64,000 bases of DNA from Prorocentrum cordatum (Eukaryota), in the NCBI GenBank assembly GCA_963575745.1, contig CAUYUJ010000079.1:1-64000 (forward strand), written 5' to 3'. Numbering within the stretch: the first letter of the stretch is position 1; every line of letters starts with the position of its first letter. This document shows, in pieces, positions 52,201 to 61,700 of the stretch. Made by a program: the position numbers and the translations under genes. The notes beneath the pieces were generated by a model, which saw only the letters and a program-made list of their open reading frames with translations, was not told the DNA's origin and searched no databases.

Positions 52201-54687
52201 GAGTCTAGGCGCCTGGATAGGTCTCTGGCGAAGAAGATGCGCGCCCTCCTCCTAGGCAAGGCCCATGAGGTTTCTGACGACGAGGTCCACTCCTCTCTCA
52301 CGAATAAGCAGGTATTCGAGGAATTGGACATTGTCCCGACCGCCATAGAGCTGCTAATACGTCGGCTGTGCTGGTGGCAATCCATCGTAGCCGAACCCGC
52401 TCACCACGCACACTTTCTCTCGGCCATGTTCGGCCAATGCAGGTTCGAGCAGGCTGGGCCCGATTCCGACGCGAAGTCGACCCTCACCGAGACTGGACTG
52501 CTCCGCGATCATCCCGATGTGCATCCATGGGCCCGACAATTCGGCGAGGATCTCGAGATCTTGTTACGACACCCCATGGCTTCTGATCTGAGCGACATCT
52601 GGAAACCGAGGATCATCCCGAGATTATTTCACGACCCGTCGATCAGCGAGCGGTTCCGACAGTACGACATGAGAGAGATTCGCACCACCTTCGTCTCCAA
52701 GGAATGGGCCCCTCCTGAAGCTCTACCCATCACCAACCACCTCCCCCTGCCGACCCCGATCGGCGAGGACTCGGACGACGAGGAAACTGATCTCGTGTGC
52801 ACTCTTGGGGACTGTAATAAACGATTTCCGACCCTTCACAGACTTGTGATCCATCAGGTCCAATCGAAAGCCCCAGGACACGGCTGGCCCCCGATCCTCA
52901 CGACCGTCACCGTTGACAACAGGTGCCTGATGTGCAACACTGTGTTCTCGAACGTCGACCACACAGTGAGACACCATCGAAGATCTTGGTTGCAGGGACG
53001 TTGCTTACCCGATCAAACTCGTCATTGTTATGAGTATGTCCCTACCACTATGCGATTGTGTCCCTATTCGAACGTCTCGAGTAATCCTGGGTGCTGCGAG
53101 CCCTTCCAGAGTGCCGAGGCCCTACGGAAACATCTCTGTGAACACGTTCCTCCGTCTCCATCTGGCTCGAAATGGACCAGGCTGATTGCACCGACCGCGC
53201 CGACCCCGAGGGCGCGCGGCGCGCCCGTGGCCCCCCCTGCCGCGGTCGACCGCGGCACCGGCTTCGCGGACACCGCGGAGGCCAGACGTGCGCTGCAGCG
53301 CGCCTCCCACCGTCTTCTCCTTCCACGTGCTGCACCAGCCGCCAAGCCGAGAGGCACTCGGCGGACCCCGCAGCCTGGGACTGCGCCACCTCACCTACAC
53401 GAAGCAGGTGCACCGCCGACTGCGTCGGCCCTCCCCTCGCCAGCGGCCGCCGCGCCACAGTTACCAGGCCAAGGAGCCACAGCAACCCCGACCTGGCGCA
53501 CAGATGGGAGGGGAAGGAGCTGCAGCAGCCGCTCGCCCGTCCGACAGGCCCGACGTCCAGATGAAGAGCGGCAACGGCGCCCCCCCACGCAGGGCGGCCT
53601 GGCGGCTGGGGGGCTCATCGCGCCCCTCATTGAATGGTGGGAACAACGAGTCGCACGGCGCGCCGCCCTACAAGAAGCCCACCCTGGCAGCACCAGCATC
53701 GGCATCGGCGGCATCGGCAGCAGCAACACCGCCCCAGGGAGCTGCCGCAGCCCCCGCCCGTCGGCGACGCGGAGGCAAGCGCCGCCGCCGCGGGGCCCAC
53801 ACAGAGAAGACGTGGACCAGCAAGGACAAGAACCTGCAGCAGATGATGACAGTCATGGGAAAGCTAGTATTGCAAACCAGCCACCGCGCCCGCCTCGCCC
53901 TCGCCACCGCAGTGGACACAGTGACGCTCGCGACGACACACCCGCTGATCGTGGCCATCTCGGACGAGCTCGAGACCTTCAAGCAGGAGGTCCAGACGCT
54001 CCGCGAGGGCGACGAGGCGCAGCAGGCAGCGCTCAAGACTCTCGGATCGCCGACTGCCTCTCTCGTCCTGGCAGTAGTCGAGGCCCTGATCGGCTGCGAC
54101 ATCGGCGGCGCGTGCAAGAAGATCCTGGAGGCATGGCTCATCAGGGCCAACGGGGCGCCCGAGGACGACACCACGATAGCGAAGACCACGATCGAGGACG
54201 CGGTCACTTTCATCAGGCTCGAGAAATGCCACGAGACGAAGAACACGAAGATCCTCTTCGCCATGAACGAGTGGGACATGCGCCCACACATCCTCGCCGC
54301 CCTCCGCTGCGAGGGCTCGGCCATCATCCATACGGGGGTCATGCCAGCGGGCTGGCTCGAGGAGGAGCTGTCGACGTGGCTCGACGCGCTCGCTCAGTAG
54401 ACGGAGCTCCTGATGATCACGAACTGAAGGCGCCTGTGCTACCTCTGTCGCGTGGCCCCGCCGCGCGTGACCTCTCTCTTCCCATCCTCTTTGTTCGTTC
54501 AAGCTCGCCGCCTCGCGCGGCACCGGTCCAGACACCAGTCATCAGCATTAGATACGCTCGCCCGTCGGCCGCACCCACAGACTCACACGGCGATCGGGAG
54601 GTTGAATCGCCGAGTCTAGGAGCTGAGGTCGCCCCAGAGCATGACTTCTCGGCCGACGAAGCGGCGGCAGCAGACTTCGGACTATAG
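49276..54687 (+). CDS. LINE polyprotein: APE endonuclease, reverse transcriptase, C2H2 zinc fingers and a low-complexity tail (1803 aa)
   Basis: APE motifs VVGWN, GDLN, SRIDYF, LDHIP; RT motifs ILIPKK, YDMRNAF, GGRMGD, FIDDL, HLG; three C2H2-like units at ~52800-53145. Confidence 0.9.
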   Translation: MAHKLRVVGWNPFTLLGTGRVVEVSDAFRNSDVLLLAGTKLRSRPGSPHMYDKVHRHLFINFGWARGSMTNASAGCSIGLSHSRFRAKDVIRVNTPPSELQGRGGSVDIFQGSFRARFIVAYFQPRPSAAAQLRQWRVAYQRLLNWVLEEITSTPSRVIPIFFGDLNMNLGRQNGTVTDDDAVGPFQAAAESDIGQLVHRRLLEHELAAANSYYDLGYSFFGNGGARSRIDYFIVPQPLLCHITRMAMCWRSHRRLQVLPHMLDHIPMAMDVTVTAPPSPQDIGYCVWDWGLIAAGLQIGHARREFLRDLHEGLQRASPILDIVIEDDDPTRHAAVVSHIIRSTAQKYYSKHYSTPQWVVDARAERLTLLRERARLREQGAHVHSTEIKTVTRNLKKFQRWKDDWWKYSIESELREAWARRETARVAELARLRAGTRMGARKRSYLALPAARPLASSFLAAVSLPGVAGGLSAAEVHDSMWTRDSQAVETLLSTPPSDVHPIGTTRASPSPEDYTQAFDDLRFMGERIWTQRHRRYSPPWSWPVELTMMMFSPLTLTKPGIPRIGIGHEDADYTLTGPPDHAGLGWEGTRIKVRRPDRRKLGALGNDVIAEGPAVLVSLLAHVRCSKRLPRQAVTSQGILIPKKGKRPTGDPVKDITACLRTIHCFCPWWRFYLRIGLTVYGSEFSPPDWAYGGIRKRRREALMSIVKILEWKLRHQGFAYMIKSYDMRNAFGTGLTSRLIDAQAARQPSRHFTRMLELHRTEAVIRIDAADGPLCVRPGEGGRMGDSNEPELFMGAFYLPVERWHATLTDITGPLFDSPCPITNTVQDLSRGGFIDDLIKIFIVPEGSPQNALLLDKIDNDILNIELQKDGYAQNVDKQDTLVRLRRAQETKLVEKEILGTPVVNLIHLGGYININGSNTKEITERIRSGNIGWCNLSRFWTAPGPLRCKRMSFISNVAGRMWSGLESYVLLESESRRLDRSLAKKMRALLLGKAHEVSDDEVHSSLTNKQVFEELDIVPTAIELLIRRLCWWQSIVAEPAHHAHFLSAMFGQCRFEQAGPDSDAKSTLTETGLLRDHPDVHPWARQFGEDLEILLRHPMASDLSDIWKPRIIPRLFHDPSISERFRQYDMREIRTTFVSKEWAPPEALPITNHLPLPTPIGEDSDDEETDLVCTLGDCNKRFPTLHRLVIHQVQSKAPGHGWPPILTTVTVDNRCLMCNTVFSNVDHTVRHHRRSWLQGRCLPDQTRHCYEYVPTTMRLCPYSNVSSNPGCCEPFQSAEALRKHLCEHVPPSPSGSKWTRLIAPTAPTPRARGAPVAPPAAVDRGTGFADTAEARRALQRASHRLLLPRAAPAAKPRGTRRTPQPGTAPPHLHEAGAPPTASALPSPAAAAPQLPGQGATATPTWRTDGRGRSCSSRSPVRQARRPDEERQRRPPTQGGLAAGGLIAPLIEWWEQRVARRAALQEAHPGSTSIGIGGIGSSNTAPGSCRSPRPSATRRQAPPPRGPHREDVDQQGQEPAADDDSHGKASIANQPPRPPRPRHRSGHSDARDDTPADRGHLGRARDLQAGGPDAPRGRRGAAGSAQDSRIADCLSRPGSSRGPDRLRHRRRVQEDPGGMAHQGQRGARGRHHDSEDHDRGRGHFHQAREMPRDEEHEDPLRHERVGHAPTHPRRPPLRGLGHHPYGGHASGLARGGAVDVARRARSVDGAPDDHELKAPVLPLSRGPAARDLSLPILFVRSSSPPRAAPVQTPVISIRYARPSAAPTDSHGDREVESPSLGAEVAPEHDFSADEAAAADFGL
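53504..54400 (+). CDS. Second LINE ORF of unknown function, nested in an alternative frame of the pol C-terminal tail (~298 aa; start could be 53561)
   Basis: Basic N-terminus (RRRRGGKRRRR) followed by a globular helical sequence ending PAGWLEEELSTWLDAL. GC3 bias is in this frame, while the overlapping pol frame is low-complexity. Confidence 0.7.
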   Translation: MGGEGAAAAARPSDRPDVQMKSGNGAPPRRAAWRLGGSSRPSLNGGNNESHGAPPYKKPTLAAPASASAASAAATPPQGAAAAPARRRRGGKRRRRGAHTEKTWTSKDKNLQQMMTVMGKLVLQTSHRARLALATAVDTVTLATTHPLIVAISDELETFKQEVQTLREGDEAQQAALKTLGSPTASLVLAVVEALIGCDIGGACKKILEAWLIRANGAPEDDTTIAKTTIEDAVTFIRLEKCHETKNTKILFAMNEWDMRPHILAALRCEGSAIIHTGVMPAGWLEEELSTWLDALAQ

Positions 54688-55011
54688 TTATCTTCTGACA
54701 GATACCATTCATCGTATAGTTGTGTGCAGAGATCGGGCACCGTGATGGCTGTCACGGAGTCTGCGCTTGAATCCCTCTTCATTGTAGTGCCGCCACCCCT
54801 CACCCCGCACAGCCAGCCACGCCGCTCGAGCACCTGCCTGTGCACGCGCTTTGCGAGTTACGGAGTCCAGCCCTCCGTGCGACGGGATTCTTTTCGAAGC
54901 GGTGGTATAGCCATCGAAGCCTTCTTTTTGCAAGACTCCAGCCATCCATTCAGGCCAGAGCACTCATCCCAGATGTCGACGAATAATAATAAGTCGTCGT
55001 CGTCTTCGTCT

Positions 55012-55058
<47 letters not shown>

Positions 55059-55721
55059 GTCGCCAGGAGGAGGAGGAGGAGGAGGAGGAGGAGGAGGAGG
55101 AGCGGAGAAGAGGGCAGGCGGGGGGAGAAGGAAATGGCGCAGGACGGAGGATCTCGAATGGGGGAGAGAGGAGAGGGGTGAGAGGAGAGAGGTGGGTGGA
55201 GGGAAAGGTCAGGACGCATGGGAGGGAAGAGAAGAAGGTACGGGAGGAGCCAGGCATAAGGGAAATGGAGGAGGGAGAGCACCATCCCAGCCAAACCAGT
55301 ATCGACCCCCCCGTCATCCCTGTCAAATTATGCCGCGCGCACACGCGTTGATATTTAAAGACATGTCCCATGATCCCATGAGGCCCCCAAGAGGGCCCCA
55401 AGACGGTGCAAGATGGCCTCCAAGACGTCTAAGATAGCCCAGGATGGACTCCACGACGGCCAAGATGGACTCCAAGACGGCCAGGATGGCCTCCAAGACG
55501 GCCAGGATGGCTCTATCTGGCATCCAAGACGGTCCAAGGTGCTCTCCAAGACAGCCTTATGAGGGGGGCGGCAGGGGAAAGCTCGTCATTGTCTTCGTTC
55601 AGGCACGGCCCCTGGCAGACGCTGGAGCTTTTCCCCCCGCAAGGCGAGGAAGGCGAATCGTGCGCCGCGGCGCGGGGGACGGGGGGCACACGTCAGGGGT
55701 TTCACCCCCCCCTCTCTCGAG

Positions 55722-58700
55722 GAGCTGCGCGCCCTGGCAAGCGCCTGCGTGCGCGGAGCGCCGCTGCCCGCGGAGGACGTCGGTGGCGCGGCGCCCGCGC
55801 CCGCCCGCGTGGACCGCTGGTCCCCGCACGCCTTCTTGGACGCGTTCCTCGAGATGCACTGGGTGGACTTCAGGCTGGGGAGGCACGGGGACGCGAGCGA
55901 GGCGCTGTCGTTCGTCGTGGATGACACGCAGGGTCTCCGCCGTCTCTTCCAGACAGGATGCGGCGAGGAGGTCATGCTGAGGCTGCCAGCTTTCGTGGAC
56001 GGGGCAGACGACGGCGACGACGCCTTGTCGCCGCAGGACTTCTTCCTCGACGGGGGCGCCCAGAGATTGGACGCGCGAGAGCTGCTCCGCCGCGGCGTCT
56101 CCATGGGCGGGCGACTGCGATCGAAGCCCGAGCTGCTGGCGGTCCACGTGCCCCAGAGATGGGAGCGAGGCGACGGCACGGCGCTCTTCCTCGGCAGCTG
56201 CGACATCGCGCCCTACTGGAGCGAGCTCCCAGAGGTGGTTCTGAGGGCGGGGGGGGAAGACGTCGCATACCGCCTGCGCGCCTACGTGCAGTACATCCTG
56301 CCCGAGGGATCGGACGTCATCCCATCCCACGTCCTGAGTGACCCGCAGGGCCACTTCGTGGCCCACTTCGAGGAGGACGGGAGCTGGTACACTGCGGACG
56401 ACCTGGGCGATCGGCCGCACGTGGTCCGGTGGGCGCCGGGCACCGAGCACAAGATGCCATTCGTGATCTTCCTCGAGAGGATGGACTCCAGGGCGGCCGG
56501 CGCCGATGCCTGCCCGTGGCCGCCCGGGCCAGTCGTCGACGACGCGGAGGGCCTGGGCGACGGCGGCGACGTCGACGCGGACGGCGAGGACAGCTTCGGC
56601 CCCGACGGAGCGCCCGAGGAGGAGGGCGGGGCCGGCGACGCCAGCCATTCGGGCGCACGGAAGCGGCCCGCGGCGTCCGCGAGGAGCGGCGCCCCTGCCA
56701 AGAAGCGGCTCCGCCTCCGAGGGAAGCAGAGCCGCGACGGGAGGCAGCAGATCCGCGATGGGAGGCAGCAGAGCCGCGACGGGAGGCAGCAGAGCCGCGA
56801 CGGGAGGCAGCAGAGCCGCGCTGGGTGGCTGCAGAAGGATAAGCAGCGCGGTTGCAAGCCGGAGGATGTGCTCCGGCAGGGGCGGAAGCCGAAGGGCAAG
56901 GGCGACAACGCCGACGGGTCCAGGCAGGACGCCCAGAACAACGCCACCGCGCCTGTCCTGCGCAGCAGCAGGGAGGCGAAGAGCTTGCAGACCGCCAGCG
57001 AGGAGCGCCGGAAGTGCGGAGACCTCTTCTTGCTCTTGCACCTGATGGAGCCGCTGGCCGCTGCCGATGACCTGCTGGAGCACTACCCTGATTTCTTCGT
57101 CTACGCGGGCGACGACTGCACCCGCCGATGGGCGACGTTCCTGCAAGCGCCCGATCGGTCCGACAAGTTGGCCGGCAGGTTGCGGGAAGCGCTCGGGGTC
57201 ACGGAGAACGAAATATCCGACGCCAAGCGCCGACTGGAGAGCGGGGAGTGGCACGGGCACCACGTCGCGGAGCTCCTGGACGAGCGCCTGGACTCCGCCC
57301 ACGGCGCCCACTCCGTGGCGGCCACAGTCAGGCTGGCGGCGGGCGACGCGTCGGCCGCGCTGGGCGACGGCAACCCGCTGAGGGCGCACCTGGCGGAGGC
57401 GTGGCAGCGCAGACCCTGCAACCGTGGGCCGCCCCGGCACGCCGCCATGCCTGCCCGCCTTCGGGATCGCTCCGAGTGGTTCCAGTGCCCCGCGCCTGCC
57501 CTGCAGTATGCCTGCCGCTTGTGCGAGGCCGAGTTCCCCAACAGGGAGGCGTTCAAGGCGCACCAGGGCAGAGTCCACGGAGGGCAGCGGTGGTACCAGG
57601 CGCAGTACGTGGCGCGGTGCGAACTGGAGCCCTACCAGCCGTCGCCGACCGAGGAGCGCCAGGCGAGCGAGCGGCGGGGAATTGCGCTCGACCCCCCCGC
57701 CCTTTCCCCCTGGGATAGTCTCTTAGCGCTGGCGCTCCCAGCGTCTGCGTTAAGGGCATCGAGTTTCTCCGGGCGGGGTGACCGCCTAGATCTGGGGGTC
57801 GGGCTGCACTTCCTGGTCGCGCCGCAGGTTGTTGCCAGGTTCCACGTCTCCCAGTGCTGCGCCACCGTGGAACCCGTGGACGAGACGTTCGTCCCGAAGC
57901 CCGAACCGGAGGTGCAGAAGCAGCTGCTCCACGCGGCGATCGTCGGCAGCATCGCTGGCAGGATCGGGCAGGGGGGCTTCGCGGAGGAGATCTCCCGGCA
58001 GGCGGCCGGCGCGGCGGAGTCGGCGGCCCGCGATCAGGCCGCGTGCCAGGCGAGGGAGCCCCGTGCTTTCCGGGCCTGCGTCTGCTGCGCCATGCAGCAG
58101 TGGTCCGAGAACCTCCACTCGGAGTTCCTGGTCGGGGACAAGTGCGGCATAAAAAACCGGGCCCTGTTCGCGGAATGCCTGTCGGCCGAGTGGTATCATC
58201 AACGATGGCCCCTCATACCGCGCGAGGAGCTGATGTCGTCTGCCGTGGACTTCCCACACGAAGACAGCGAGGGCTCGCCGACGTGCACGAAGATACTCCT
58301 GCACAAGAGGCGCGTGCCGCCAGAGGCGCTCACAGGGGAAGCGCCCGTGAGAGTGTGCGAAGCTTGCAGGAGAGACCTGTGGTCTGATCATCCCAAGGTG
58401 CCGCTCATGGCCCTGGTGAACGACCTCTGGCTGGGCCGCCACCACCCGCTGCTCAGGAAGGCCGCTCTCGCGCACCAGATGCTGCTCGCGCTGGGCCGCG
58501 TCGTGTCCACGAAGATCTACCTGTCCAGCAAGGGCGCCGACAAGGCCGTCCGGCAGGAGCAGGAGTCATGGAGGCAGAAGTTCCTGCAGTACGCCATGCA
58601 GGGCACCGCCATCGTGTTCGGGAACGGGAACGTGGACCACGCGATGCGGAGCTTCCCGCCGGAGCCCGACATGCTCAGGGACACGTTCGTGGCCGTCTTC

Positions 58701-61700
58701 GCGGGCGCCGACGACGACGAGGACGGCGCCCCCCTGACAGAGGAGCAGAAGCAGGAGAGAGCCTTGAGAGCCATGAGGGAGGAGGTGGCGTTGCACGTCG
58801 ACAAGGCGGAGTACGACGCACAGGCGCGGTTGTTGAAGCAGCACAACTACGTGTACAATGACCCGGGCGTGCAGTACCGATCGGACCTCGTGGACAGGTT
58901 CCCCCCGCAGCCTGGCGTGCCCGACTGCATGCTGGCCTGCGCGAAGTATGTCCCCACGGACGCGGCGTTGGACGACGTTGCGCAAGCGCAAGGGCCCGCC
59001 TCGGCCACCACTGGCGCGCAGGCCGACATGGGCGCGGCCGCCGGGGACGCGCAGGAACTGACCAAGTGGCTGTCCGTCCTCGAGGACCACATGGACGACG
59101 TCAGCGAGATCACGTCCCTGCCGGCACTGCAGGGCATGCTCGAGAGGATGGAGAGCCAGGCGGGGCGCGTGGTGGCCAACGAGCTGATGTCCCGGCTCGA
59201 GAACGAGAGAGGCGAGGATGGGGCGCTGCAGCTGGACGAGATCGGGCGTCACCGCCTGCGGGATCTCTGCAAGGAGTTCCACGCGCGCTGTCGGAAGATC
59301 TCCCCGGGGGAAGACGTGGCGAAGCTGCACTGGCGCGTCCAGAGGCTGGAGACGAACAACTGCCAGGCGGGAGAGGACGCGGGCGACCTGGCGCGACCTG
59401 CAGGAGTCGCGGGGACTCCCGCCGAGGACGACCCGCGCTCCTTGCAGGAACCGCCCGGCCCAGACGGCCAGCGAAAGGCGAGGCTTGTGGTGCCCACTTC
59501 GAAGAAGGCGGAGACCTGGTGGGACCCGAAGTACTGGTCGATTGCCAGGCCCACGGACTTCTGCTACGGGGACTGCGCATGGGGCCTCGGCGATAAGGAG
59601 GGTCGGCTCTGCTTCAGCGTGGCGCACTTCATCCAGAATCTTCTCACGCGGGAGGAGATGGAGTATGACGTTCCCGGCGACGAGGAGAAGTACGTGGCCA
59701 GGCCCATCAATCGTTTCCGGAGCTCCTGGTACGACGTGCACCTGCTGCACTCCTTCTGGAGAGTTACGGAGACGACCAACAGCACCTACACTTTCATGAA
59801 GACGCCCGGGGCGTTCGGGGCCGCTCGCGCCTGCGCAGACATCACGCCAGAGATGATCGAGCAGGTGCAGCTCAGGGCGCAGCAGACGGGCGGGAAGGCA
59901 ACGCTGCACGGCATCCTCAAGGACAAGGACACCCCCAACAAGGTGCGCCAGGCCTTCGCCACCCTGGGCCAGGCCACTGCCAGTCAAGTCGGGTCCGACG
60001 GACACAGGCGCGAGCTGCGCGGAGAGGGCGAGGCGTATACCCTGCGCTTTGGCCCGCCCGTCCTGTTCGTCACCCCGAATCTGGCAGACACCAAGCAGCC
60101 CCTGATCCTCATCGTGCAGGGGGAGGAGTACAACTTCAACGCCGACCTGTCCGAGGCGGAGCAGGTCACGTTGAGGGAGATGTCGCAGCGCCTCGCCGCG
60201 GATCCCGTGGGCCAGGCCGTGGTATTCGAGCTGATGATGAGGCTGTTTTTCGTCCACGTGCTCGGCCTGCGCCGGGAGACCGTCGGGTGGCGGAGAGGAG
60301 AAGTTCGACAGATTTCGGAGCACTGGGTCTCCGACGGCGTGGCGGCCGACCTCATGGGCGTCCCCACTGTGTTCGGCCCCCTCGCGGCCGCCTTCGGCCC
60401 TGTGGAGGCCCAGGGCCGCGGCTCGCTGCACCCGCACATCCTCATCTGGCTGCTGCAGGGTCAGCTGCGCGTGCTCCTCGACATGCTGCAGCGCGACCAG
60501 GCGCGCTTCCAGGAGCGCTTGAACCTGTGGATGCGGCAAGTGGTGCAGGCCGTCGTCGCCACTCAGCAGAGCGCTGTGGAACTGCTGCCCCTGCATCTGC
60601 AGGGAGGCGAGAACAAGTGCGGAGCCGAGGTGCCGCCGCTCCCGTTCGGGCCCAACGAGAAGCGGCATTGCAGGGCCGACGGCGGCAAGGAGACAGCGAC
60701 GCCAGAGCAGCTCGGTAAGGAAGGCGAAAAAAGAGAGGATCTGTATTACTACGATCCCTCGTCAGACGACTACCACGAGGCCATTCGCGCCGATCTGCCG
60801 CTGCGCGACACCAATGGCGGGATCGTGGGAGACGCGGCGACGTGGACAGAGCAGCGGGCCGCGGAGACCAAGAATTACTGGGCGCAGCCGCTCTCCAGCA
60901 GCGCCTCCGGCATTTTCCCGAGGTACCGCGGCGGATGCACCCTGGCAGGGTCCCTCCCGAGCGACGAGTGGATTCGCGAGATGTGCCACGACGTGCGCCA
61001 GCTCGTCATCGGTTGCGGCATCCACGTCTGCAGCCCCTCCTGCTACAAATACCATTCGGACAAAGCGCGCGGCTCGCAGATCTGCCGCCACAACTTCTAC
61101 AACCTGGTCACATTGTGCACATGGCCCGAGGATGGGGACTCCCAAGAGTGCCGGCTCCGGACGCGCGGGAAGGCGCTGCGTGGCTGCATCGGCATATTCC
61201 TGGAGACGGAGTACGGCATGGCCGGGCGCATCATTACCTTCCAGCTCCACCCTGGGGAGACCTCCACCAAGTACGCGGCGGTCGTCTCGGCGCGGTGCAA
61301 CGTGGACGTGCAGGACATGAGACGGGTACTGCCCCCGCGCCTGTGGATGGATCCGTTAGAGCTGGAACCTCCAGCGAACGAGGGGGACCGCAATAGCTAT
61401 AACCATGGCCTGTACCCTCAGCGATATGCCAACTTCTCAGTGGGCGCCCGAGAGGATTGGGGGTGGTTCCAGCACCTGAACACCACGTCCGAGGAGAAGT
61501 GGGAGCTCGTCGTAGTCACCGACTGGCACAAGATCTACAGAGAGCTCGCGAACTGCGTCAGCCCGATCGTGGACGGTGACGACGCTGCGCGGGCCGATCT
61601 CCAACGCGACCTGGAGCGGCACGCGATCGCCACCTTCGTGGATGCTCACAACACGAGCTATTACGTGAATTCGTACACCACGAAGGTGAACCCCAGCATG

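Larger units (their letters stand above)
49051..54992 (+). mobile_element. Full-length non-LTR retrotransposon (LINE), ~5.9 kb, in RepHel intron 1
   Basis: Intact APE-RT ORF, (TAA)n tail at 54982-54992, and (GTC)4 on both flanks. Confidence 0.9.
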
